Shown piece by piece: positions 19,178 to 28,024 of a stretch of DNA of 32,000 bases. The position numbers were made by a program, and so were the translations under genes. Below the pieces are notes generated by a model that saw only the letters and a program-made list of their open reading frames with translations, did no database searches and was not told where the DNA came from. How positions within the stretch are numbered: the stretch's first letter is position 1; each line of letters starts with the position of its first letter. Source of the DNA: Akkermansia muciniphila ATCC BAA-835. GTDB taxonomy: Bacteria > Verrucomicrobiota > Verrucomicrobiia > Verrucomicrobiales > Akkermansiaceae. The DNA lies in NCBI RefSeq assembly GCF_000020225.1, contig NC_010655.1, positions 2,220,001-2,252,000 of the forward strand, given 5' to 3'.

Positions 19178-19792
19178 ATGGCTGATGAAGGAACCGAATG
19201 TACGGATGCAGAAATGAATACGCCGGCTTACGTCAGGAATGAGGAGGTTGATGAAGAAAGCAGCCATTTGCTGAGTTGGGATGAGTGGCTGCGGGAACAT
19301 GCTTCCCAGCTGCTTCTGTTTGCACGCCAGCAGTCCCGCTCACCGGAAGATGCGGAGGATATACTTCAGGATGCCCTGGTGCGTTTGGCTCGCAAGGAGG
19401 CTTCCGGGGAATTTGTGGGAGGGCAGGAGGCGTGGCTTTCCTATGTCTTTGCCTCCATCCGGCGTCTGGCGGTGGATTATGGCCGCAAATCCGACCGCCG
19501 CCAGAAAAGGGAGGATGAAGCCTGCGCCTCTGAACGGGACGAAGATGTTTATATGGACCCCTGGTTTTCCAGTGCTGCGGCAGATGAGGAACTCAAACAG
19601 TTCATGGAAATGCAGCTCAGGAAGCTCCCTTCCAAATTCTCCGAGGTCATTGTCTTGAAAATATGGGGGGAACAAACTTTTCAGCAAATTGCGGAAACGC
19701 TGGAAATCTCGCAGAATACGGCGGCGAGCCGGTACCGTTACGGTATTGACTTGCTCCGCAGGGCTTTGAGAAATAAAAAGAATCAATTCTAA
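19178..19792 (+). CDS. ECF-type RNA polymerase sigma factor with an acidic N-terminal extension (204 aa)
   Basis: Region 2-like segment: LLLFARQQSRSPEDAEDILQDALVRLARKE...WLSYVFASIRRLAVDYGR. Region 4 HTH: LPSKFSEVIVLKIWGEQTFQQIAETLEISQNTAASRYRYGIDLLRRAL. Confidence 0.8.
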   Translation: MADEGTECTDAEMNTPAYVRNEEVDEESSHLLSWDEWLREHASQLLLFARQQSRSPEDAEDILQDALVRLARKEASGEFVGGQEAWLSYVFASIRRLAVDYGRKSDRRQKREDEACASERDEDVYMDPWFSSAAADEELKQFMEMQLRKLPSKFSEVIVLKIWGEQTFQQIAETLEISQNTAASRYRYGIDLLRRALRNKKNQF

Positions 19793-19807
19793 TGGCGCTC
19801 TACCCTT

Positions 19808-20479
19808 ATGAACCATGAAACAACATCATCCGCCGCAGGGGAGGAAGACGGCGGTACTGCCGTCCTGCAGCCCCTTCCCGTATCTGATGAACTGATTTCC
19901 CGGCTGGCCGGAAAGTGTGAGGAAATCTTCCCTTTGGAGAGCTGTTTCCGGCGTGATGAAATCTCCGATGATGAAATTCATGAGATGGAATCCCTTTTGA
20001 AACGTTTTCGGCCCTCTCCGGCAAAAGTCCTGTTCAGGGAACAATGCTGTGCCCTGATGTGTGCGGAATCCGAACATGAGATGGAAACCCGGTTGAAAAG
20101 GCTTTCCGCTTCTTCCATGTTGGAATTTTCCGTCTGTAAAATGGCGCAAGCCATGAATTGCGCCAGTAATGAAAAACGGGAAAAAGCGCTGAACATCCCC
20201 CTGTGGCGGCGTTTTGCCTGTATTTCCGGCATTTCCGCGGCTGCCGTTGTGGGGGGCGTCATGTTGGTTCAACATGCTCTGGTGGCGCCCGTAGGGACGG
20301 TGGCGACCGGAAATGCCGGGGAAGTTCCCTCGGAAAAGGCTGAAACTCCTGTGATTCCCGGTGAAAAGCGGGAGTTGCTCCGGACGCCCACCCTTTTTGA
20401 ATTGCAGGGAGGGGATGAGCGCGTGCCTGTGATTGCTCCCGCCGTTATCCGCAAAATTCTTCCTGAAAAGGAATATTAA
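19808..20479 (+). CDS. single-pass membrane protein, putative anti-sigma factor (223 aa)
   Basis: Starts 16 nt after the ECF sigma stop codon. It has one hydrophobic helix (FACISGISAAAVVGGVMLVQHAL) separating a ~135-aa N-terminal part from a ~65-aa C-terminal part. There is no HxxxCxxC zinc motif, so the function is inferred from position and topology only. Confidence 0.5.
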   Translation: MNHETTSSAAGEEDGGTAVLQPLPVSDELISRLAGKCEEIFPLESCFRRDEISDDEIHEMESLLKRFRPSPAKVLFREQCCALMCAESEHEMETRLKRLSASSMLEFSVCKMAQAMNCASNEKREKALNIPLWRRFACISGISAAAVVGGVMLVQHALVAPVGTVATGNAGEVPSEKAETPVIPGEKRELLRTPTLFELQGGDERVPVIAPAVIRKILPEKEY

Positions 20480-20664
20480 AAATTGCGGTGCATGAATATC
20501 GCCGGAATTGTGCGATCTGCTGCGGCATTGCGGCTTTCCTTGGCAGGCAGGAAAGATGCCTGGCGTTTTCCGGTGTTCTGCGGCGAAGGATGCCGTCCCG
20601 GAAGCGGCGAAAAAAATGCACAAATTTTGAACATTGTATGGACAGATGCTGTATATTATCTCAC

Positions 20665-21624
20665 ATGGATATGAAAACCTGTATCTTTCTGACATTGGGA
20701 TTGCTGGTAGGTTCGGGCTCCGGATATTCCATTGACCGGCCCGCAGGAAGTACGGACAACCTTCAGCCGCCTCCTCTGACGCCGTACGCGCATCAGGTGA
20801 AGCCGCTCCCCTCTTCCAAACCGGCCAGACTGGGAATTGTTCCGGGCACGGTGCCCCAAGCGCTCGTTGCGCAGCTGGAGCTTAGTGGATTCCCCGGAGT
20901 GCTGGTGACCAAAGTGATGCCGGACAGCCCCGCCGCCAAGGCCGGGCTCCAGGAAAATGACGTCATGGTCAAGCTGGGGGATGTCTCCCTGTCCGGTCCG
21001 CAGTCTGTGACGGAAGCCCTGTCTGAAAAGGTGCCTGGAGACAGGATTACGGCTGTATTTTACCGGAAAGGAAAGAGGGAGACTGTTGAAATTACCCTGG
21101 ATGGGGGAACGCTTTCCGCTGAAGAAATACTGGCGGCCCAGGGGGATCCCCGCACGCAGCCCCGCGCAGTTCCTTCCGTCCGGCGTCAGACGGCGCCTTT
21201 TTCCGGAATGGCTGCACGGCCTAATCTCCCCCAGCGTATTCTGGATATGCAGCAGATGATGGATGAGTTTTTGAAGGATTCCGCCATGGATGATTACCGG
21301 ATGGACGACATCATCGGCCGGATGAACCTGACTCCCGGCGCGGCGCAAATGCTCCGGAGCTTGCAGGGACTTCATCAAATGCCCATGCCTCCCATGGGCA
21401 AGGTTTCCGGAGGGGGCCAGAGCATGTCTTCCGTCCGGATGTCGGATGCCAACGGGACTATCGTGGTTTCTTCTAATTCCCGGACGGGAACCACAGTTCA
21501 TGTGACGGACTCTGCGGGAAAGGTTCTGTATTCCGGCCCCTACAATACGCAGGAGGAAAAAGCCGCCGTGCCGGAAGCCGTCAGGGAACGCTTGAAAAAC
21601 ATAGAAACCAATTTCTGCTTTTAA
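20665..21624 (+). CDS. secreted PDZ-domain protein without a protease domain (about 319 aa)
   Basis: ATG 20665 (or 20671) gives the signal peptide MDMKTCIFLTLGLLVGSGSG. The PDZ core is GVLVTKVMPDSPAAKAGLQENDVMVKLGDVSLSG...ITAVFYRKGKRETVEITL. The C-terminal half is Met/Gln-rich. The ORF-track start at 20488 adds a Cys/Arg-rich stretch that does not look like real protein. Confidence 0.75.
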   Translation: MDMKTCIFLTLGLLVGSGSGYSIDRPAGSTDNLQPPPLTPYAHQVKPLPSSKPARLGIVPGTVPQALVAQLELSGFPGVLVTKVMPDSPAAKAGLQENDVMVKLGDVSLSGPQSVTEALSEKVPGDRITAVFYRKGKRETVEITLDGGTLSAEEILAAQGDPRTQPRAVPSVRRQTAPFSGMAARPNLPQRILDMQQMMDEFLKDSAMDDYRMDDIIGRMNLTPGAAQMLRSLQGLHQMPMPPMGKVSGGGQSMSSVRMSDANGTIVVSSNSRTGTTVHVTDSAGKVLYSGPYNTQEEKAAVPEAVRERLKNIETNFCF

Positions 21625-21671
21625 CGGCTTCATGAAATAGCGGAGAAATCCATATTCATGAAGTTGACGAC

Positions 21672-21699
21672 AGCTGCCCCGTGCGGGGCAGCTTTTTTT
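21672..21699 (+). terminator. Rho-independent terminator after the PDZ protein gene
   Basis: Stem AGCTGCCCC / GGGGCAGCT (loop GTGC) followed by seven T. Confidence 0.85.
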
Positions 21700-21894
21700 A
21701 TTACGTGGAAGAGGAGGGGAAAGCTGTGTTGATGCGGCAGATGAAAATAATGACGGGCAGAATGAAAGGAAAATCATGGAAATGCGTATCCTTCAACAAA
21801 ATAGACCGCTTCATGGTTAAGTGCAGGTGTTGGGAAAACGGCGGTTTTTTCAGGCTGCCCGGTTTCTGGCGGCGGTTTTTTCTCAAAGAACGAC

Positions 21895-24248
21895 ATGAAT
21901 GGTTTTATTTTGTGGATGCTTTGCTGCGCTTCTTGGAGCCTGGGAGCGGATATATTTGTTTCTCCTGACGGAGATGACGCTCATGCGGGGACGGAAGAAT
22001 TTCCGATGCGTTCCGTGGAGGCCGCTGTGCGGAAGGCCGGGCAAGGGCATTACGGAAAAGGCTGCCAGATTATCCTGGCCGACGGTATTTATCACCTGGC
22101 GGAACCGCTGCTCCTGCGTCCGGTTCATTCCGGTCTGACTATTCGTGCCAAGAATCCGCATAAGGCGGTATTGAGCGGTGCTCAGCCCTTTGTTGCGGAC
22201 TGGAAGCCCTTCCGTGATGGGATCATGAGAACTTCCGTGCCCTCCGGACTGGAAATGGACGTATTATTGGTCAACGGCAAACCCATGCACATGGCCAGGT
22301 ATCCCAACGCAACTCCCGAAGAACGCATTTTCCAGGGAACGGCCCCGGACGCGGACGCTCCGGAACGGGTGTAGCCCGCTGGAAAAATCCGGCGGGTGCG
22401 TATCTGCATGCCCTTCATCATCGCATGTAGGGAGACATGCACTTCCGCATTACGGGGAAAAATGGAAATACACTGGTCAAGCAGGGGGGCTGGCAGAATA
22501 ACCGTCCCTCTCCGCCGCACGAAAAATATAAATTTGTAGAGAATGTTTTTGAGGAACTGGATGCTCCCGGAGAATGGTATCTGGACAGAAAGGAACATAT
22601 CCTTTACCTGTATCCGGAACAGGGAACGGACCTGGTTGCAGCCAGACTGGAAGCCGGCGGCCTGGAAGAACTGGTCAAAATCCAGGGGGAAGGCTCATCC
22701 CCCGTCAGGAACGTGACGCTCCGGGATCTGGTGCTGACTGGAACGCGGCGAACCTTCATGGAAAACCGGGAACCCCTGCTGAGAAGTGACTGGACCATTT
22801 TCAGAAGCGGAGCCGTACTCTTGCGGGGAACGGAGGGGTGCCGCATTCTCTCCTGCGAATTTGCCAGGTTGGGTGGAACAGCCGTTTTTGTGGACGGGAA
22901 TAATGAAAATCTTCTGGTGCGGTCCTGTTATATCCATGACATAGGTTCCAACGGCGTAGCGTTTGTGGGGGACCGTTCCTGCTACCGGGGACCGAAGAAT
23001 TATCGGGAAGCCAAAGGAATGTCCTTGGAGAGAATCGACAGGGTTCCGGGACCTCGAAACAATGAATTTCCCAGGAACTGCATGGTGGATGATTGCCTGA
23101 TTACCCGGACGGGGCTGGTGGAAAAGCAGACTGCCGGAGTGCAGATATCCCTGGCCCGGGAAATTACCGTCAGAAATTGTTCCATCTACGAACTTCCCCG
23201 GGCGGGTATCAACATAGGAGAGGGGGCTTTCGGCGGCCATGTGATTGAATACAATGACGTTTTTGATACCGTCAGGGAAACCAGCGACCATGGTTCGTTC
23301 AACTCCTGGGGACGGGACAGATTCTGGGTCCGGGACCAGATGGCGCTGAGCCAGGACAAGGACGTCGTCCTGCTGGATATCCGGCAACCTAATATCATCA
23401 GGAACAACCGCTGGCGCTGTGATCACGGATGGGATGTGGACCTGGACGACGGTTCTTCCAACTATATTATTTACAACAACCTCATGCTTTCCTCCGGCCT
23501 GAAGCTCCGGGAGGGGGGGTACCGCAAGGTTTACAACAATATTATGGTTAACAAAACCCTGTACCCGCATGTATGGTTCAGGAACAGCGGGGACGAATTT
23601 TACAATAACATTATTTTTGAAGACCGTTACCGTCCCGCCGGCAACATGGATTTTTCCCCGTGGGGAAAACTGATGGACAGGAACTTTGTGCATGTGAAGG
23701 GAATGAAAGGGGTGGAACCCGCCTCCGAACTGGCCAGGCAATCCGGCAATGACAGGCACTCCCTGAAGGGGGATGCCCTGTTCTCTGCTCCCGGTCTGGG
23801 GGATTTTTCCGTCCGGGCTTCTTCCCCCGCCCTTAAACTGGGATTCCGCAATTTTCCCATGGACCGTTTCGGCGTGCGTTCCCGGCATCTGAAAGCCCTG
23901 GCGCGAACTCCGGATATTCCTGAAGTTGCCGGGAACAGGATGGAGAAACGGGAAACGGTGCTGGTGAAGAAACTGGGGGCGGAAGTGAGGATAGCGGAGG
24001 GCGAAGGGGATTTGTCTGTCTTTGGGCTGATGCCGGAGGATCTGGGCCGGGCGCTGGTTATTGTCAAGGTACAGAAGGACGGCCCTTGTTCCTCTGCCGG
24101 CATTCTGCCCGGCGACGTTCTTCTGATGGCGGGCGGGAATAAGGTGGATGGAGTGGAAAAGCTCGAACGCCTGCTGCCGTCTTCCGGTAAATTAACCGTA
24201 ACCGTCAGGAGAAACCAGGAAAATAGAAAGGCGGATTTGCGGTTTTGA
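21895..24248 (+). pseudogene. right-handed beta-helix (pectate-lyase-fold) protein with a C-terminal PDZ domain, disrupted by a frameshift and an in-frame TAG
   Basis: Piece 1 (21895..22374) has a signal peptide (MNGFILWMLCCASWSLGADIFVSPDGDD) and the N-terminal cap of a beta-helix protein. Piece 2 (ORF-track 22437..24248) continues it (NVTLRDLVLTG, repeated N/G-rich turns, IIYNN, VYNNI, FYNNI) and ends in a PDZ-like segment (ALVIVKVQKDGPCSSAGILPGDVLLMAGGNKVDG). The piece-2 frame is open back to 22218 and reads VARWKNPAGAYLHALHHRM*GDMHF, with TAG at 22428-22430. Piece 1 ends PERV-TAG at 22372-22374, in a different frame. Confidence 0.7.
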
Positions 24249-24285
24249 GGATGCTTCTGGCCTCCGGAAAAAGAGGAAGCGGAAA

Positions 24286-25614
24286 TTACAGAATTCCGGT
24301 CAACTTCCGGTAAGTCTCCAGGGCAAAAGAATCCGTCATTCCGGAAATATAATCAAGCATGTGCTCCAGGCGTGCAGCCTTCCCGCCGTTGTTCCGGGGT
24401 ACGCCGGTGCCCTGAAGCATGATGGCGATTTTTTGGGATTGGCCGGAGGATGGATGATTCACCCATTCCATAAAGAAGTCGATCAATTCTCCCAGTACCT
24501 TATAACCCATGGCTTCCACTTCAATAACCTCCCTGGCCTGGTACACATTCTTGATGGCGTACTGGTACAAGCCGTTCAGCGGGGCGGCCAGTTCCGAGCT
24601 GTCTATCAGGGATTGTTCCAACCTTCCTTGCAGCAGGTCTTCCTCGTGGTTCACGAAACTGTCCACGGCGGACTGAATGCTTTTGCCGATGGCGAGCGCG
24701 CGCATATAATGGATGCAGGAATCTTTTTCCTCTTTTGCTTCCAGTTCCCGGACATAACAGAGCTGGGATTCCGTCAGGAAAGGGCTGAACAAATCCCTGG
24801 TGGAAGCAAAATCCAGAAGTCCGGAAAAATACCCGTCCTCAATATCCGCAATGCGGTAACAGATATCATCCGCGGCTTCCATCAAATACGCCAGGGGATG
24901 GCGGCTCCAGCAAAGATGTGCTGCATCAGGTGTGGAACGCGGAATCAACCCCAGATGTCCAGCCATGAAAGAAGCAGCTTCCCTTTCCTGTTCCCCGATG
25001 CCGAATTTCTTGCATTCAAGCTTGTTGGCCGCAACTATGCTGCCTTTCCTGACGGCGGAGGAATAAGATTGCGTACAGGGATATTTCATAAAGGCGCCCA
25101 AAACAGCCGCCGTCAGTTTCAGGCCGTTGCCCTCCATCGGATCTCCTGTACGTGTCAGGATGCGGAATCCCTGGGCATTCCCTTCAAAAGGCAGCTCCAG
25201 GCCGTGCCGTTTCAGGGCGGTTTCAATGGCGTCTTCACCGGAATGGCCGAAGGGCGGATTGCCGATGTCATGGGCCAGGCAGGCGGTGGAAACAATGGTA
25301 GCGACATCGGAAGGCATGATAGGAGCGGGCAGGGACCCTTTCTTCGCCAGCCACTCCCCTGCCAGCATGCCGAGGGAAGAACCGATGTGGGCTACCTCCA
25401 GGCTATGCGTCAGGCGTGTGCGCACGTAATCGTTGCGGCCCAGGGGAAAAACCTGTGTTTTGTCCTGAAGGCGGCGGAAAGCACTGGAAAACAGAATGCG
25501 GCCGTAATCCCGGTCATAATTGCTGCGGTTTTTCTGTGGAGATGCCGTACTCCGATGCCTGGATCCCCAGCGCGCGTCCGACAAAAGCTGCTGCCAATTC
25601 ATCATCCCTGACAT
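24286..25614 (-). CDS. dgt: dGTPase-family HD-domain triphosphohydrolase (442 aa)
   Basis: Family motifs: YDRDYGRILFSSAFRRLQDKTQVFPL, RLTHSLEVAHIG, HDIGNPPFGH and the C-terminal DYISGMTDSFA. Confidence 0.9.
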   Translation of the reverse strand: MSGMMNWQQLLSDARWGSRHRSTASPQKNRSNYDRDYGRILFSSAFRRLQDKTQVFPLGRNDYVRTRLTHSLEVAHIGSSLGMLAGEWLAKKGSLPAPIMPSDVATIVSTACLAHDIGNPPFGHSGEDAIETALKRHGLELPFEGNAQGFRILTRTGDPMEGNGLKLTAAVLGAFMKYPCTQSYSSAVRKGSIVAANKLECKKFGIGEQEREAASFMAGHLGLIPRSTPDAAHLCWSRHPLAYLMEAADDICYRIADIEDGYFSGLLDFASTRDLFSPFLTESQLCYVRELEAKEEKDSCIHYMRALAIGKSIQSAVDSFVNHEEDLLQGRLEQSLIDSSELAAPLNGLYQYAIKNVYQAREVIEVEAMGYKVLGELIDFFMEWVNHPSSGQSQKIAIMLQGTGVPRNNGGKAARLEHMLDYISGMTDSFALETYRKLTGIL

Positions 25615-25673
25615 GGTAAGGAAATGCTACAGGGGAATGCCCGGATGTAACAGGAGAAAAATAGAGAGGGAGT

Positions 25674-25967
25674 TCAATAGGTCAGCATCAGCCCCACGCC
25701 CCAGTGCAGGTTCTTGTCGTAATTGGTGGAAACGCTGAGGTGTGAGGTCAGGATGTAGTGCAGGCCCACGGAATAATCCCGGTCCGTATTCAGGGAAAAG
25801 GAAAGGCGCAGGCGGGAGGTGAGCGGGATATCGTCCCGCTCCAATTGCAGGCGCACCTTTCCGTCCGTGTCAATGCGCGCATCCGCAATCAGGAGCAGGG
25901 GCAACATGTACCGGGCTCCCAGGGTGCCATCCATTTCCCGGTCCTTTTTGGTGGTCTGTCGGAACAT
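25674..25967 (-). pseudogene. CopB/PcoB-like outer-membrane barrel fragment, in frame with the upstream multicopper oxidase ORF
   Basis: The 97-aa ORF lacks a signal peptide. The segment LGARYMLPLLLIADARIDTDGKVRLQLERDDIPLTSRLRLSFSLNTD resembles the CopB-family C-terminal half as I remember it, and the ORF ends HWGVGLMLTY with an aromatic terminus. Its frame is identical to the oxidase ORF, 36 nt downstream of the oxidase TGA. Confidence 0.55.
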
Positions 25968-26000
25968 GTTGCGTTCTCCGGCCTCCCCCTTGCGGCAAGT

Positions 26001-27875
26001 TCAGTCCGCCCCGATGTAGGGGTAAAGCCATTGCTTCTCCCCGATATACCTGCCCAGCCTCCCTTCCGCCTCATAACCCCGCGTATCCTTGTAGCCTATT
26101 TTCCACTCTCCCTGCATGCTCCACCGGGTGCCTCCGAATTCCAGGTTCCCTATGTTCCCGTTGGTGGCGAAATCATTGTTCACGCTCAGGTACCATTTCC
26201 GGTCCATGTCGTAAACATGCTGAAGTGCCTGCATGGGGTGGGGAAGCTGAGGATTGGGGGGAGAATCCTCATACGTAAAAATCCGGCCCATGCCGCTCAT
26301 CATGTGGTACAGGATATGGCAGTGGAAAAACCAGTTGCCGCGCGTTTTCTCTGCAGCGTTAAACTCAATCACCTGGGTGTCCATGGGCTGGATATCCGCT
26401 GTAAACTTGAGCGGAGAAAAATCCCCATGCCTGTTCACCAGCCGAAAAAAATGCCCGTGCAGGTGCATGGGATGCCTCATCATGGTATTGTTGGTCAGGA
26501 TTATGCGCACATTCTGTCCTTCCCTGATCATGATCCGGTCCGTCTCGGAAAGAGTTTTCCCGTTAATGCTCCATACGTAACGGTTCATATTACCGGTCAG
26601 CATGAAATGCAATTCCTTAACGGGCACGCCGGAAGGAAGAGTGGTGCGGGAAGGGGACTTCAGCATGTCATACGTCAGGGTGGTTTCTTCTCTGTCCTCC
26701 TGCATGTTGCCGTGTCCTCTCCCATGGGAGGAACCGGACTTCATGTCCATTATCTCCATATTTCCGGAATGGGCGGTCGGCATGCCGTGATGATGCATCT
26801 TCATATTTCCTCCCATGGTCATCATCCCATTCATTTGCTTCATCTTTTTGAAGTAATTCAGCTTGGGAAAGGGGCGCAAAGGCTGCCTTTCCCCATGGCC
26901 CAGCCACAGGGAGGAAGACCCGGAAGTATCCTCTGCCGTCGCCTGGAACTCAAAGGCCTTGCCTGATTCCGGCACTTCCAAGATGACGTCGTAAGTTTCG
27001 GAAACTGCGATTATCATGCGGTCCACGTCAACGGGAACAACGTCTTTCCCGTCGCTGGCCACCACGCGTATTTTCCCGCCCGCATACCTCAGCCAGAAAT
27101 AGGTGGAGGATGCTCCGTTGACGATGCGCAGCCTGATGCGGTCGCCGCCCCTCAGCCGGGGCAGGGAAGCCCGCGGGATGCCGTTGAGCAGAAAACATTC
27201 ATAATACACGTCACTCACATCCATGGCGTTCATGCGCTTCCATTCGCTTAACAGCTTGGTTGCCATGCAGCCGGAGCGCAGGGCCTCCCAATAGCTCTGT
27301 ACACTCCCCTTGCGGATGGAAAACCAGTCGGAGCCCGTGTGAAGCATTCTGTTCACCTCCTGGGGATTCTCGTTCGTCCAGTCGCTCAGTACCAGCGTAT
27401 ATTCCGGCAGGGCGTCCTCCGTCCTGCGTGCCGGGTCATCGGGCCGTTTGCGGACGATGAACGCTCCGTACAGGCCGCTCTGCTCCTGAAAACCGCTGTG
27501 GGAATGGTACCAGTACGTGCCGTTCTGGATGATGGGAAAAGTATAGGTATGCGTAGTGTGGGGCTTGACAGGAGCGGAAGTCAGGTACGGAACTCCATCC
27601 TGGTCATTGGGCACCAGCAAGCCGTGCCAATGGAAGGAAGTTTCCGTGTCCATCAGGTTATGCACCCGTATTACCGCAGTATCTCCCTCTGTAAAATGCA
27701 ATGTGGGGCCGGGAATGTTCCCATTGATGGTCATGGCTTGGCGTGTGACTCCGGTAAAATTGACGGGAGCGTTCCGGACATATAAATCGTATTCTACCGT
27801 TTTTGCCAGAGAAGGGGAGAAGAGTATCGGCAAGCAGCACAGGAATGGAAGAAAATGGAAGGTTCGTGTGAACAT
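26001..27875 (-). CDS. CopA/CueO-type multicopper oxidase (624 aa up to the TGA)
   Basis: Four copper-site motifs: HWHGL, WYHSHSG, HPMHLHGH and HCHILYHMMSGM. There is a Met/His-rich insert (MKQMNGMMTMGGNMKMHHHGMPTAHSGNMEIMDM). I chose ATG 27875 as the start because it gives the signal peptide MFTRTFHFLPFLCCLPILFSPSLA. Confidence 0.9.
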   Translation of the reverse strand: MFTRTFHFLPFLCCLPILFSPSLAKTVEYDLYVRNAPVNFTGVTRQAMTINGNIPGPTLHFTEGDTAVIRVHNLMDTETSFHWHGLLVPNDQDGVPYLTSAPVKPHTTHTYTFPIIQNGTYWYHSHSGFQEQSGLYGAFIVRKRPDDPARRTEDALPEYTLVLSDWTNENPQEVNRMLHTGSDWFSIRKGSVQSYWEALRSGCMATKLLSEWKRMNAMDVSDVYYECFLLNGIPRASLPRLRGGDRIRLRIVNGASSTYFWLRYAGGKIRVVASDGKDVVPVDVDRMIIAVSETYDVILEVPESGKAFEFQATAEDTSGSSSLWLGHGERQPLRPFPKLNYFKKMKQMNGMMTMGGNMKMHHHGMPTAHSGNMEIMDMKSGSSHGRGHGNMQEDREETTLTYDMLKSPSRTTLPSGVPVKELHFMLTGNMNRYVWSINGKTLSETDRIMIREGQNVRIILTNNTMMRHPMHLHGHFFRLVNRHGDFSPLKFTADIQPMDTQVIEFNAAEKTRGNWFFHCHILYHMMSGMGRIFTYEDSPPNPQLPHPMQALQHVYDMDRKWYLSVNNDFATNGNIGNLEFGGTRWSMQGEWKIGYKDTRGYEAEGRLGRYIGEKQWLYPYIGAD

Positions 27876-28024
27876 GAATGGGAAAAAGCACTGCCAGGAA
27901 AGACCTGCCTCTTGAATTTCCAGTTCAAAATGAAACGGATGTGATGTGTCATGCCCACCCTTGGCCAAATCTGCTAAATGGCGGGGCCTCCAATTCGGAC
28001 GGAATAGGGCGTCTGGAATTTATT

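Noticed and set aside
19826-21777. 289-aa and 373-aa minus-strand ORFs opposite the anti-sigma and PDZ genes
   Set aside because: Their products are Arg/Gly/Pro/His-rich. The plus-strand genes have TM and signal-peptide features and a PDZ core, and the 373-aa ORF also runs through the plus-strand terminator hairpin.
21840-21882. 12-nt direct repeat GGCGGTTTTTTC at 21840-21851 and 21871-21882, upstream of the beta-helix gene
   Set aside because: It is too short and too low in complexity to call a repeat element or binding site from sequence alone. It could occur by chance in a T-run-containing leader.
22695-23888. 397-aa minus-strand ORF inside the beta-helix gene
   Set aside because: It is a shadow ORF. 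The plus strand shows the repetitive N/G-rich beta-helix turn pattern and a PDZ tail.
24361-25611. 416-aa plus-strand ORF opposite the dGTPase-like gene
   Set aside because: It is a shadow ORF. The minus-strand product carries clear HD/dGTPase motifs, while the plus-strand product is low-complexity.
25758-26966. 402-aa plus-strand ORF opposite the multicopper oxidase and CopB-like region
   Set aside because: It is a shadow ORF. The opposite strand carries all four copper-site motifs.
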